A stretch of DNA of 60,997 bases from NCBI GenBank assembly GCA_946613265.1, contig CAMOFK010000005.1:1-60997 (forward strand), read 5' to 3'. Positions 27,229-37,210 of the stretch are shown piece after piece. A program made the translations under genes and the position numbers. The number at the start of each line of letters is the position of its first letter. The first letter of the stretch is position 1. Origin of the DNA: an uncultured Verrucomicrobiota bacterium (GTDB taxonomy: Bacteria; Verrucomicrobiota; Kiritimatiellia; RFP12; UBA1067). Under the pieces are notes generated by a model. It made no database searches, was not told where the DNA came from, and was given only the letters and a program-made list of their open reading frames with translations.

Positions 27229-28565
27229 TGTTTGACTCCTTTGGTTGTTTCGGTAAGATCGTCGAAAACGGTGTTGTCGAAGCGCACGCCTTTTGCGTGG
27301 CGCGTCAAATAGCCGTCGCTGGGGCGGCGGTCGTTTACGGCGTAGCCGTGGCGCCGCCAATCCTCCTGGAGGGAAGTCTCCGGCACTCTCTTGAAGGAGC
27401 AGTTCGAGAAGACGATGTTTTCAATCGCCATGCCCTCGCGTCCTTCGAGAAGCGGAAACTCCAGCCCCGTGGCGTGGATATTCGTGAAATAGAGATCGCG
27501 GACGGCGGCGATGTGCGTCCCCGCCTCCTCGCCCACCATCGTAATCAGCACGGGACGCGCGTAAATCCCGTTCATGCGTATGTTGGAGAACTGGAGGTTC
27601 TCCACAAGCGTAGCCTCGCGCCCGTAGTCCGTCCAGCCCGGCTTGTTGCGGCGCTTCGGAAGATTCACCGAGACTCCCACCGACGTGTCGTGCATGGCGA
27701 TGTCGGAGAAGACGCAATCGCGGATGGCGCCGTCGTCAATCCAGCCGATGCGTATGCCGCTGGACCACGAGCGCAGCGTGCAGTTGTTCACGACGATTCT
27801 CTCGCAGGGCTTGTTCTCCTTCAGCGAACGGCTGTTGGCCCTGACGACTATCGAATCGTCGCCGGTTTCGATGATGCAGCCGGAAATCGTCACGTCCCGC
27901 GAGCAGTTCACGTGTATGCCGTCGTTGTTTGGGTAGCGGACGTTCGCGAGGATCTTCAGCCCGGCGATCTGCACGCGGTCGCAATCGTGTATCCAGTAGC
28001 TCCAGCCTGCCGGCTGGCCTGTCATCGTCACATCCCGTATCGAGACGTCGCGGCAGCCAGCGAAGAACACGACGCGCGGCAGCGTCTTCGGCATTGGATG
28101 CACGCGCTCGTATCGCCAGCCTTTCCAGTCGGGATTCGCCTTTTCCTTGATATGGTATTTGCCGTTGCAGTCGATCGTGCCCGAGCCGGCGATTGCGATG
28201 TTGGCGGCTTCGTCCGCGTAGATGAACGCGGCAAGGCGCTGGCGCGGGAGGTTTTCGCGCACGACGTGACCGTCGGGCCAGTCGGGAAAATCGGCGATGT
28301 CCGGAGAGGCCAGGAGTTTCGCCGTGCGGTCGATGTAAAGCTCCACGCCGCTTTTCAGCATGAGCGCGCCGGAAAGGAACGTGCCGCCTTCGATGACGAC
28401 CCTGCCGCCGCCTTTCGCGTTCGCCGCGTCGATGGCGGACTGTATCGCGATCGTGTCTTTCGTCTCGCCGTCGCCCATCGCGCCGAACTCGCGGACGTTG
28501 AAGTCCGCCGCCAGCGCCCAGCCCGCCGCCAGCGTCGCAAACGCAAGGCATTTCATCTTGTTCAT
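27225..28565 (-). CDS. Glycoside hydrolase family 28 (polygalacturonase/rhamnogalacturonase-like)
   Basis: It has a signal peptide, then FNVREFGAMGDGETKDTIAIQSAID. NNDGIHVNCSRDVTISGC and ETGDDSIVV match the GH28 NTDG / G(D)DC motifs. Confidence 0.85.
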   Translation of the reverse strand: MNKMKCLAFATLAAGWALAADFNVREFGAMGDGETKDTIAIQSAIDAANAKGGGRVVIEGGTFLSGALMLKSGVELYIDRTAKLLASPDIADFPDWPDGHVVRENLPRQRLAAFIYADEAANIAIAGSGTIDCNGKYHIKEKANPDWKGWRYERVHPMPKTLPRVVFFAGCRDVSIRDVTMTGQPAGWSYWIHDCDRVQIAGLKILANVRYPNNDGIHVNCSRDVTISGCIIETGDDSIVVRANSRSLKENKPCERIVVNNCTLRSWSSGIRIGWIDDGAIRDCVFSDIAMHDTSVGVSVNLPKRRNKPGWTDYGREATLVENLQFSNIRMNGIYARPVLITMVGEEAGTHIAAVRDLYFTNIHATGLEFPLLEGREGMAIENIVFSNCSFKRVPETSLQEDWRRHGYAVNDRRPSDGYLTRHAKGVRFDNTVFDDLTETTKGVKQ

Positions 28566-30088
28566 TGCTTCGCCTCCATCATGATGATTGAAACGGAGTG
28601 CGGCGGCAATTCCACCTTGCCGTTTTCGACCGCAAGAGGCGTCTCGAAGGGGACGACGCGCTCTTCCGCGCCGACGTCGTTGAATGCGTCGGGGCTATCG
28701 CCTGCGAGGACGACGGCGCGGACGCTCCCCTCCGTCGCCAGCGCCGCCACGTCGAGTTTCCGCGTTTCGGACGGATGTTTATTGACGGCGGCGATCGCTT
28801 TCCTGCGTTCGTCCTCCGATTCCGTCAAGATCGCGTCCAGCACCGGCACGCTCTTGTTGCCGTCCGAGAGTTCGTCGCACTCCGCTTCGAACGGCACGGC
28901 GTATTTCTCCAGGAGATTCGCATACATCCAGAAGGCGTGATACGTCGTGCGCTTGACGATGCCTTTCGGATGGACGAATATCGCGCCGCGCGCGTTCACC
29001 ACGGGAGCGAAAGCGGCCATTTTCACGATGTCGCCGTGGCGGATGCAGGCATTGAGAAAGCAGGCGGTGAATACGGCGTCGGCCATAGTGTATGTGGCTG
29101 CGCGGTCGTTGCGGCGGCGCGCGGCCACGTCCATCTTCGAGCCGCGCTCGAACTTGCCGAAGCCAGGATGGTGCCACGAGCGCAAATTCCATTCGTCGAT
29201 GGCGATGCCGATCTTCCCGCCGCCGAATCCCGCCTCCTCCAGCTGCCGCGCAACGTTGGCTATCATGTTCTCCGGCCGGCGCGTGAACATCATGCACTTC
29301 AGATAGGGCGAAGGATTGTCCACCTGCAGAAGCTTGTCCGGATACGTGTGCACGCAAATGAAATCTATCAGCCTCCCCGCGCCGGAGAGGAGGGACTTGT
29401 TCCACTTCTCTGTCACCGGCGAACCCGCCGCCGCGATGAATATCGACCTGTCAGCCGCGCGCATCATCTTGGCGCTTTCGCAGACGATATGCCCCCAGTC
29501 TTCGGCTCTCTTGCGGCCGATTTCGTGGCCGCCGCCGTTTTCGTTTCCGATGCTCCAGTACTTCACGCCGTGCGGCTGCGGGAAGCCGTTTGCGATGCGC
29601 CGCCTGCCACAGCGCCCTTCGTTCAAGTTGCAGTATTGCACCCAGTCCGACATTTCCTCGCCGTCGCCGGAGCCCGCGTTCGTGCACAAGTAAGGCTCGC
29701 AGCCCACCTTCCGGCACCACTTTATGAATTCGTCGGTGCCGAAAGTGTTTGGCTCTTCGCAGTTCCAAGCCTTGTCCCAAACAGGCTCGCGCACCGGGCC
29801 GACGCCGTCCTTCCAATGATATGCCGAGGCGAAGCAACCGCCGGGCCAGCGCACGATGGAACACTTGATTTCGCGCAGCGCGTCGATCACGTCTTTGCGA
29901 AAGCCGTCTTCATCGGAAAGCGGCGAACCGGGATCGTATATGCCGCCATATACGACCTTGTCGAACTGCTCGATGAACGAACCGAACAAAAGCGGCGAGT
30001 ACTCGATGCGCTGCGGCGAAGGCGCCGCGATCGCCACCGCCTGCGCGAGCGCAAGCGAAACGGAGATTGTGCTACGGGACGGTTTCAA
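28562..30088 (-). CDS. Alpha-L-arabinofuranosidase, GH51
   Basis: YGGIYDPGSPLSDEDGFRKDVIDALREIKCSIVRWPGGCFAS and YWSIGNENGG (acid/base Glu) match GH51, and a C-terminal beta-sandwich is present. ATGA overlaps occur at both ends. Confidence 0.85.
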   Translation of the reverse strand: MKPSRSTISVSLALAQAVAIAAPSPQRIEYSPLLFGSFIEQFDKVVYGGIYDPGSPLSDEDGFRKDVIDALREIKCSIVRWPGGCFASAYHWKDGVGPVREPVWDKAWNCEEPNTFGTDEFIKWCRKVGCEPYLCTNAGSGDGEEMSDWVQYCNLNEGRCGRRRIANGFPQPHGVKYWSIGNENGGGHEIGRKRAEDWGHIVCESAKMMRAADRSIFIAAAGSPVTEKWNKSLLSGAGRLIDFICVHTYPDKLLQVDNPSPYLKCMMFTRRPENMIANVARQLEEAGFGGGKIGIAIDEWNLRSWHHPGFGKFERGSKMDVAARRRNDRAATYTMADAVFTACFLNACIRHGDIVKMAAFAPVVNARGAIFVHPKGIVKRTTYHAFWMYANLLEKYAVPFEAECDELSDGNKSVPVLDAILTESEDERRKAIAAVNKHPSETRKLDVAALATEGSVRAVVLAGDSPDAFNDVGAEERVVPFETPLAVENGKVELPPHSVSIIMMEAKQ

Positions 30089-31497
30089 GCCTCGCTCCTT
30101 TCCAGTTTCATCCTAGCGGCAATGGCCTTGCCTGCCGTGCCGAGAGAAGTCTTCGGCCAGACGGCCGCCGCAAGCGTGTCGCCTGGCGGCAGCTCCGCAA
30201 ACGGCACTTCGAGAACCGTCACGCCGCCGTTCGTCTCGTGGCCGACGCCCATGTTGCATCCGGCGGCATACACGGTCTTGCGCAGTCTCTCGCCGCCCTT
30301 CGCGCACGCCATCTCCACGTCGTAGGCATAGACGCGCGAGGCGGGGTTGGCGTCCGCCGGCGGGATTGTCAATCTTGCGGCATGCGCGCCGTCGGCCGTT
30401 TCGACTTGCCCGATTTGCAGTCTCGCATCCGCCGGGAAAGCCGGCGCGCCGATCTTCTCTTTCAACGCTTCGACGGAGAACGGATGCGGGGCGGACTCGC
30501 CGAACGGCATGACCCAATCCGCGCCGAGACTGCCGCCTTCGGCAAATTCCCTGCGCTCTATGGCAAGCATGTCGTCCCATACGCGCATGACAAATCCCTG
30601 GCGGCAGCGTCCGGCGGCCTGTTTCCCTTCCGGGACGCAGTTGAACGGAGCGGCGCTTTTCGCGAATTTGATATCCCAGTCTGGGGAAATGCACGGCGGG
30701 ACCTGTATGCGGGGGAATGTTCCGGAGTCGTAATACACCGTCTTCCAGTCGGTCGCGCTGAAATGGCAGTGGCCGAAAAACGCGAGCGCGTTCCTGCGAT
30801 AGCGGCGCATGGCGTTGCGCATCGGCGGGAGCGGGCGCGAATGCGACACGAGGAAGAAAGGCCTGTTCCCCTCGTCGAGACCGAGCTTCGGGCCGAGTTC
30901 GTCGATCTGCCGCGCCGTCTCCATTTCATCCACTTTCCAGTTGCGGCCGAAGAAGTGGTAGCCTTTTATCTCCTTGTGCCAGACCGGCTTGTACGGCTCG
31001 CCCCAAATGCGTTCCCAATGGCCGGGGAGATCCGCGGAAAGGATGTGCTGCGCAAAGAAACCGGGCGACTCATAGACTTTGCGGACGTATGCGTTCAGCC
31101 CCTGCCCTTCAAGGTCGTGATTCCCGGCCACGGCGAGAAGTTCGACTTTGCGCCCGTCCGGAGCTTTGCCGCCGGGGAAGACTTCTCGCCAGACTTCGAG
31201 ATGGTGCGCTATCGCTTCGACTTCGCCGTAGTTGGCCATGTCCCCGCAATGCACCACTACATCCGCGCCGGCATCGCGGAAATATTCAAGCGCGCGGCGA
31301 TAGAACGTATCGGGCCACGGACGCGCCGTACGCAAATGCGTATCGCTCACAAGCCCGACGGTGAGATTCGGCTTCCCTTGCGGCCGCCAGCCCGGAGGAG
31401 CGGCGAAGATGCGGCCGCCGCCAAGCGTGCCGCCGAATACTCCGGCGGCGGCAAGCAGTTCCTTGAGGAAATCACGACGTGACAATCCGTCACTCAT
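30085..31497 (-). CDS. Tat-signal metallophosphoesterase (calcineurin-like)
   Basis: MSDGLSRRDFLKELLAAAGVFGG has a twin-arginine motif. VSDTHL, HCGDMANYG and AVAGNHD are metallophosphoesterase motifs. I placed the start at ATG 31497. Confidence 0.75.
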   Translation of the reverse strand: MSDGLSRRDFLKELLAAAGVFGGTLGGGRIFAAPPGWRPQGKPNLTVGLVSDTHLRTARPWPDTFYRRALEYFRDAGADVVVHCGDMANYGEVEAIAHHLEVWREVFPGGKAPDGRKVELLAVAGNHDLEGQGLNAYVRKVYESPGFFAQHILSADLPGHWERIWGEPYKPVWHKEIKGYHFFGRNWKVDEMETARQIDELGPKLGLDEGNRPFFLVSHSRPLPPMRNAMRRYRRNALAFFGHCHFSATDWKTVYYDSGTFPRIQVPPCISPDWDIKFAKSAAPFNCVPEGKQAAGRCRQGFVMRVWDDMLAIERREFAEGGSLGADWVMPFGESAPHPFSVEALKEKIGAPAFPADARLQIGQVETADGAHAARLTIPPADANPASRVYAYDVEMACAKGGERLRKTVYAAGCNMGVGHETNGGVTVLEVPFAELPPGDTLAAAVWPKTSLGTAGKAIAARMKLERSEA

Positions 31498-31710
31498 TTC
31501 CCCTCGTCCTTTCCAGAGGTGAAATGCGTGGAGCGAAAACAGGGATAAAAGCCGCGAAAAGCCCTGATGCGGCAAGGCGCGAAACGCTTATATTGTATTT
31601 ATTGGGGGGGTAATATCTTCCCGCCGGCGAAAACAGGCCCGCGCCTTCCTTCGCCGCCTCCGCGCAATTCGCGTGTTTTGCTCATGCCAGTATCGATCAT
31701 GACACGAGGT

Positions 31711-31719
31711 ATTATACCA
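31711..31719 (-). promoter_or_regulatory. Extended -10 promoter (TGGTATAAT) downstream of dnaE, upstream of the metallophosphoesterase-GH51-GH28 operon
   Basis: Plus-strand attataccatattt lies 214 nt upstream of ATG 31497. A second TACAAT-type motif sits at 31592-31597. Confidence 0.45.
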
Positions 31720-31819
31720 TATTTAAGAGTGGCGTGTCGCGCACCCGCCAAAATTTCTAGCGCTTGGAGCGGCGCATTCCAGGCCTGCGAAAAGCGAAAG
31801 ATTCTGCCGCGTGGCGCGG

Positions 31820-34800
31820 CTACTGATAGGCAGGCGGGGGGGCGAGGTATATCTTTTCGGAAGGATGGAATGCGGTGTCGCTCTGCGGGACGAGTTTGGA
31901 GATTTCCGCGAGGAATGCGACATCCGGGGTGACGCGGCAGGACGGCCCGAGGTCGATTGTCACTACGCCGCCGTCTTCCATCGCCACATCTATGAACACC
32001 TGGAAAGAGCCTTGGTGGCGCAGCGCGGCATCGCGCACGCCAAGGATTGTCGCGAGCGCATCCGGCGCGGCGTGGCGGACCTTGATATGCATGCCTTCGG
32101 AAAGGAGCGGCATGGCGGTTTCGATCGGGTACGCCTCCTTCACGGTGAACGAGAGGTCGCCGAGTTTCGGGTGTTCGCGCATCGCGTCGCTCTTGTCGTA
32201 ATTGACGCGGTGCGCGATTTCTCCGCAAAGCACGACGAGGGAATCGACTTTCGTTTCGAGGATGGAGCACTGCTCCCACGCCTTGGCGAAACACATCCCT
32301 TCAAGAGTGCCGGTGCCGTCGTCGATGCCGAGTATCGCCCACTTCCCGCCCATGGAGCCGTCCGGGCGCGGCTTGCCGTTGCGCACGCTGCACGAGACGA
32401 GCGTGCCGACGATGCGGATGTCTAGATGCGTGAGCATCAGCTTGTCCTTGAGCATCGGATCGCGGCGGAGCTTCCACTTGTCGCGCTTGGAATCCGGTAT
32501 GGCGCGCAGCGCCTCGTCGATCTTCGCGACGTCGGCGAAATCCGCCGCGTGGAACGTGGAAACTTCGGAAATGATGCGGCGGCAGGATTGCAAAGGATGC
32601 CCGGAGACGTAAACGCCGAGAAGATCGCGCTCGTTCTTCAAATCCTCGACGATCGTAAACGGCGGCGTGTCCACGAGTTCCGCGTCGCTCGTCTTTTCCT
32701 CCCCGCCGGCCATCAGATCGAAGAAGGAGATTTGCGCGCTCGCCTTCTCTTTGGCGCGCTGCGCCGCCTTCTTCAAGGCGTATTCGATATTGTTGAAGAG
32801 CTTCGCGCGGTTCGGTTCGAGTGTGGAAAACGCGCCTATCCGCGTCAGATTCTCCAGCACGCGCTTGTTCACGGCGTTCGAGCCGGCGAGGCGGATGCAG
32901 AAATCCAGGAAGCCGGTATAAGGGCCGTTGGCCTTGCGCTCCGCCACGATCGCCTCCGCCGCCAGCTCGCCCACGCCCTTGATGCCGCCGAGTCCGTAGC
33001 GAATGCCTTTCGCGTCGGGCGTGGGCACGAAGCGGCATCCGGATTCGTTGACGTCCGGGAGCTTCAGCTCCAGACCGATTTCCTGCGCCTCCGCGACAAA
33101 GCCCGGCAGCTTGTCGAAATTGCCGATTTCGGAAGAGATCTGGGCGCACATGAATTCGGCCGGATAGTGCGCCTTCATGTATCCAGTCTGGTAGGCGACC
33201 CACGCATAGCAGACGGCGTGGGACTTGTTGAAGGCGTAGGACGCGAACGCCTCCCAGTCCGTCCAAATCTTCTCGATGAGCTTCTTGGCCTCTTCTTCGT
33301 CCGCCCACTTGTCGATGCGGAAGGCCGGGTTGTCGAGGCAGCCCTTGACGAACTTCGCCTTCAGCTCGTTCATGATATCCATGAGCTTCTTGCCCATCGC
33401 CTTGCGCAGCGCGTCCGACTGGCCGCGCGTGAAGCCGGCGAGCAGGCGGGAAAGAAGCATGACCTGTTCCTGATAGACCGTCACGCCGTAAGTATCCTTG
33501 AGATACTTCTCCATGAGCGGGTGGTCGTAGGTGACGGGCTCCTCGCCCTGCTTGCGGCGCACGAATGCCGGGATGTAGTCCATCGGGCCGGGGCGGTAGA
33601 GCGCGTTCATGGCCACGAGGTCGGTGAGGCGTTCCGGCTGGAGGGCCATCAGCCACTTCTTCATGCCGTCGGATTCGAACTGGAAAAGCCCCGTCGTCTC
33701 GCCGCGCCCGAAAAGCTCGTATGTCTGCTTGTCGTCGTCCGGGATTTTGTCCGGATCCAGATCGACGCCGCGCTCCTTTAGAAGCGCGACGCACTCCTTC
33801 TCGACCGTCAGCGTCTTGAGGCCGAGGAAGTCCATCTTCAACAGCCCGACAGGCTCGACGTAGTGGCCGTCGTACTGCGTGGTCAGGAGGCGGTCGGCCT
33901 TCGCGCCGGCGCCGTCGGCGGCTTTGCCGCCCTTCTCCGGAGTCGGCATCACCGGGAGTGTCTCGATGAGCGGATCGCGGGAGATGATCACCCCGCAGGC
34001 ATGCACGCCCGGCTGGCGTATCGAGCCTTCGAGGCGCGCAGCGCGCTCGAGCAGCCGATGCACCACAGGGTCGTCGCTCTCGAAGGCGGCGTCGAGTTCC
34101 GGCGACGCCTCGCGGGCTTTCTTGAGCGTGATTTTCGGCGTATCCGGCACGAGCGAAGCGAGGCGGTTTGTATCCGCCAGCGGATAGTCCATGACGCGCC
34201 CGACGTCCTTGATGGCGGATTTCGCCGCCATCTGCCCGAAGGTGACGATGTGGGCGACGTGGTCGGCGCCGTACTTGCGCGTCACGTAGTCAAGCACTTT
34301 CTCGCGTCCGGCATCGTCGAAATCGACGTCGATATCCGGCATGGATATGCGGTCGGGATTGAGGAAGCGTTCGAACAGGAGATCGAATTTAAGCGGATCG
34401 ACGTTTGTTATCCCCAGCGCGTAGGCGACGGCGGAGCCGGCCGCGGAGCCGCGCCCCGGCCCCACCCAGACGCCAAGCGAGCGCGCCGCCTTGATATAGT
34501 CCTGCACGATGAGAAAGTAGCCGGGGAAGCCCATCGTGCGGATCGTGTCAAGCTCGAACTGCACGCGCTCCACGACTTCGGGAGAAAGCGCGGCGCCGGA
34601 TGGCGCGCCGCCCTCCTGCGGCGCGTCCGCGGCGGCGTCTTTCCCCCATCTCTCGCGCGCGCCTTCCCAGACGAGTTTGGAGAGATATTCGGCCTCGAAC
34701 TGGATGCGGATGACCTTGTCGTAGCCGCCGAGCTTTTCCACGCGGCCTTCCGGGTACATGGAGCGCAGAGTCGCTTCGTCGTACTTTTCCTTGAAGCCTT

Positions 34801-35758
34801 CCTCGCTGCCGAAAGAGGCGGGGATTTCGAACTTCGGCATTATGGGGTCGGAGTCGAGTTTGTATTCCTCGACCATATCGGCGACCTCGAGCGTGTTCGA
34901 AACGACTTCCGGGCACTCCGCGAACAGCGCAGCCATCTCGTCGGCCGTCTTGAAATACTCTTCGCCGGTGTAGATCATGCGCTTGGAGTCGCTCATCTTC
35001 GCGCCGGTGGAAAGCGCGAGCAGGACGTCGTGGCTGTCATCGTCGTCGCGGTCGAGGAAATGCACGTCGTTCGTCGCGATCACGCGGATGCCGAGCTTCC
35101 TGCCGAGTTCCAGCGTCCCTTTGACGACGCGCACCTGGCGGTCGTAGAGATCGGCGAAATCGCGCCGCGCGTCGAGCGGCACGCTCTCGCCGGACTTGCG
35201 CGACTTGTGCAGCATCACTTCGAGGGAATAGTCGTCGCCGAAAAGTTCCTTGTACCATTTCGCGATGCGCTCGGCCTCGTCGAAACGCCCGGCGGCGATT
35301 GCGGAGGGGACTTCGCCGGCGATGCACGCCGCCGAACAGTGCAGGCCTTCGTGGTACTTCTCGAGCAGCGCGTGGTCGATGCGCGGGCGCATGTAGAAGC
35401 CGTTGATGTGCGCCTCGGAGATGAGCTTTACGAGATTGTGGTAGCCGGCGAGATTCTTGGCGTGGAGGCAAAGGTGGTGGCGGCGCTCGTCTTTGTCGCG
35501 CGTCTTGTAGTCTCCCGTCGAAGTCACGTAGGCCTCGCAGCCGAGTATCGGCTTGATCGGCGGGACTTCCGCAAACGCCTTCTTCTTGCTCCGGCAGGTA
35601 TCGTAGAACGCCTTTAGCGCGAAGAGGTTGCCGTGGTCCGTCACGGCGAGAGCGCGCATTCCCGCCTTGCGCGCGCGCAGCACGAGCGGCGTTATCTGGC
35701 ACTGGCCGTCGAGAAGCGAATACGTCGTGTGGAGATGGAGATGGACGAAGTCCGCCAT
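31820..35758 (-). CDS. dnaE: DNA polymerase III alpha subunit
   Basis: MADFVHLHLHTTYSLLDGQ is the PHP domain. PDIDVDF, GLLKMDFLGL and the OB-fold region follow. I placed the start at ATG 35758. The 152-codon upstream extension in the ORF track is Arg-rich and overlaps the fumarase beta gene. Confidence 0.93.
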   Translation of the reverse strand: MADFVHLHLHTTYSLLDGQCQITPLVLRARKAGMRALAVTDHGNLFALKAFYDTCRSKKKAFAEVPPIKPILGCEAYVTSTGDYKTRDKDERRHHLCLHAKNLAGYHNLVKLISEAHINGFYMRPRIDHALLEKYHEGLHCSAACIAGEVPSAIAAGRFDEAERIAKWYKELFGDDYSLEVMLHKSRKSGESVPLDARRDFADLYDRQVRVVKGTLELGRKLGIRVIATNDVHFLDRDDDDSHDVLLALSTGAKMSDSKRMIYTGEEYFKTADEMAALFAECPEVVSNTLEVADMVEEYKLDSDPIMPKFEIPASFGSEEGFKEKYDEATLRSMYPEGRVEKLGGYDKVIRIQFEAEYLSKLVWEGARERWGKDAAADAPQEGGAPSGAALSPEVVERVQFELDTIRTMGFPGYFLIVQDYIKAARSLGVWVGPGRGSAAGSAVAYALGITNVDPLKFDLLFERFLNPDRISMPDIDVDFDDAGREKVLDYVTRKYGADHVAHIVTFGQMAAKSAIKDVGRVMDYPLADTNRLASLVPDTPKITLKKAREASPELDAAFESDDPVVHRLLERAARLEGSIRQPGVHACGVIISRDPLIETLPVMPTPEKGGKAADGAGAKADRLLTTQYDGHYVEPVGLLKMDFLGLKTLTVEKECVALLKERGVDLDPDKIPDDDKQTYELFGRGETTGLFQFESDGMKKWLMALQPERLTDLVAMNALYRPGPMDYIPAFVRRKQGEEPVTYDHPLMEKYLKDTYGVTVYQEQVMLLSRLLAGFTRGQSDALRKAMGKKLMDIMNELKAKFVKGCLDNPAFRIDKWADEEEAKKLIEKIWTDWEAFASYAFNKSHAVCYAWVAYQTGYMKAHYPAEFMCAQISSEIGNFDKLPGFVAEAQEIGLELKLPDVNESGCRFVPTPDAKGIRYGLGGIKGVGELAAEAIVAERKANGPYTGFLDFCIRLAGSNAVNKRVLENLTRIGAFSTLEPNRAKLFNNIEYALKKAAQRAKEKASAQISFFDLMAGGEEKTSDAELVDTPPFTIVEDLKNERDLLGVYVSGHPLQSCRRIISEVSTFHAADFADVAKIDEALRAIPDSKRDKWKLRRDPMLKDKLMLTHLDIRIVGTLVSCSVRNGKPRPDGSMGGKWAILGIDDGTGTLEGMCFAKAWEQCSILETKVDSLVVLCGEIAHRVNYDKSDAMREHPKLGDLSFTVKEAYPIETAMPLLSEGMHIKVRHAAPDALATILGVRDAALRHQGSFQVFIDVAMEDGGVVTIDLGPSCRVTPDVAFLAEISKLVPQSDTAFHPSEKIYLAPPPAYQ

Positions 35759-35802
35759 GGGAGAATCAGGGGTTTCGAGGTTGCAGTGTGGGATCGGCGT
35801 GT

Positions 35803-36324
35803 TCAGAAGAGGCTCGCGCCGTGCGAATCCATGGCGACGACGCCGCGGAAATCTTCTACCGTGAAATGCCAGCAAGCCTCGGCCGCGCCGAACTCGTCGA
35901 GGAAATCCACGCCTTCGACGCTTCGCACGGTCGCCGCGTAGATGGCCGCCGCGCCGCCCACCGCCTGGATATAGACCGCGCCGCACTCCGCGAGCGCCGC
36001 GCGCGTCGCCTCGCCCATGCCGCCTTTGCCGATGACGAGGCGCACGCCGCACTCGCGGATAAGCGCGGCCTCGTAAGGCTCCTCGCGGATGCTCGTCGTA
36101 GGCCCGGCGGCGACGACGCGCCATACGCCGCCTTCGCGGACGACGACGGGGCCGCAGTGGTAGAGCGCGCCGTCGCGGAGATCGATTCCGAGCGGCTTGC
36201 CGTCCGCGAACCACTTGTGGAACTTGTCGCGCCCGGTGTGCAGAGGCCCGGAGATGGAGACGCCGTCGCCGGCGTGCAGCGCGCGCACCGTTTTCTCGTC
36301 GAATGGATATGCCAGACTGATCAT
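35803..36324 (-). CDS. Fe-S type (class I) fumarate/tartrate hydro-lyase, beta subunit
   Basis: 173 aa. GDGVSISGPLHTGRDKFHK, YHCGPVV, GPTTSIREEPYE and IGKGGMG are typical of the class I fumarase C-terminal domain. Confidence 0.85.
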   Translation of the reverse strand: MISLAYPFDEKTVRALHAGDGVSISGPLHTGRDKFHKWFADGKPLGIDLRDGALYHCGPVVVREGGVWRVVAAGPTTSIREEPYEAALIRECGVRLVIGKGGMGEATRAALAECGAVYIQAVGGAAAIYAATVRSVEGVDFLDEFGAAEACWHFTVEDFRGVVAMDSHGASLF

Positions 36325-36370
36325 TCTTTTCGCCTGTTGGGAAAAATCTCCGGGCTCGCGCGGCCGGATC

Positions 36371-37210
36371 TCACAATTCTATGGAACGGCGCCGGCACGC
36401 CCAGCACATGTATGCGACCGTGACGAAGTACGACGCAGGCAGGCGCGCGCGCGCCGCCAGCTTGACGCCCAGCAGAGTAGGCGCGCCGCCCAGCCCCATC
36501 GGGCCGATCCCGAGCGCGTTCGCGCTTTCCAGAATATCGCTTTCCAGCGCCGCGAGGCGGGGATCTTGCGCAGCATCGCCGAGCGGCCGCAGCAGCTGCT
36601 CCTTCGCGACTTCGAAACCGGTGGCGCGATCGCCGCCGATGCAGACGCCGAGAATCCCCGGCGCGCATCCGTAGCCCTTTGCGCGCGATACCGCGTCGAG
36701 TATAGCGGCGCGCACGCCGGCGAGATCGCGCCCGGCGCCAAGCGCCGCGTCGGGAAGCGAATACTGGCGGGACATGTTTTCGCTGCCCCCGCCCTTCAAG
36801 AGAAGCGTGACGCGCCGCCCGCCGCCTTCGACGTAATGGACGACCGGCGCGCCGGCGGCGCAGTTGCTGTCGTAGCTGGTGCCGTCGATAGAGTCGATGC
36901 AATTCTTGCGCAGCGCGCCGCGCGCCGTTGCGGCGGCGACGGCCTCGCGGACGAGCGCGGGCGTGACGACGCCGCGCAAGGCGTCGCCGATATAGAATGC
37001 GAGCGTCCCGGTATCCTGGCAAAGCGGCGTCCCGAGGCGGCGCGCAAGCGCGATATTGTCGAGTATCGTCTGCAAGACGAGCGCTGCCGACGAATCGGCG
37101 GCGGCGTTGGCGCGCGCGCGCGCCAACGCTTCTTCGACATCCTCCGGGAGCGAGGAACTCGTGCGCACGATCAGCTCTTCGAGAGCGGCGGCGATCTCGC
37201 GGCTATCCAT
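36371..37210 (-). CDS. Fe-S type (class I) fumarate/tartrate hydro-lyase, alpha subunit
   Basis: 279 aa. PLCQDTGTLAFY and GGGSENMS are motifs of the class I fumarase N-terminal domain. It sits directly upstream of the beta subunit. Confidence 0.85.
   Translation of the reverse strand: MDSREIAAALEELIVRTSSSLPEDVEEALARARANAAADSSAALVLQTILDNIALARRLGTPLCQDTGTLAFYIGDALRGVVTPALVREAVAAATARGALRKNCIDSIDGTSYDSNCAAGAPVVHYVEGGGRRVTLLLKGGGSENMSRQYSLPDAALGAGRDLAGVRAAILDAVSRAKGYGCAPGILGVCIGGDRATGFEVAKEQLLRPLGDAAQDPRLAALESDILESANALGIGPMGLGGAPTLLGVKLAARARLPASYFVTVAYMCWACRRRSIEL

Noticed and set aside
35759-36214. 152-codon N-terminal extension of the dnaE ORF, and similar upstream extensions of other ORFs (4471-4605, 10845-10907, 11767-11826, 27229-27360, 38412-38612, 38786-38914, 48616-48693)
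   Set aside because: The extensions are Arg/Pro-rich, overlap the preceding gene or a promoter motif, and precede an internal ATG. That ATG gives a canonical N-terminus (PHP motif, signal peptide, P-loop and so on).
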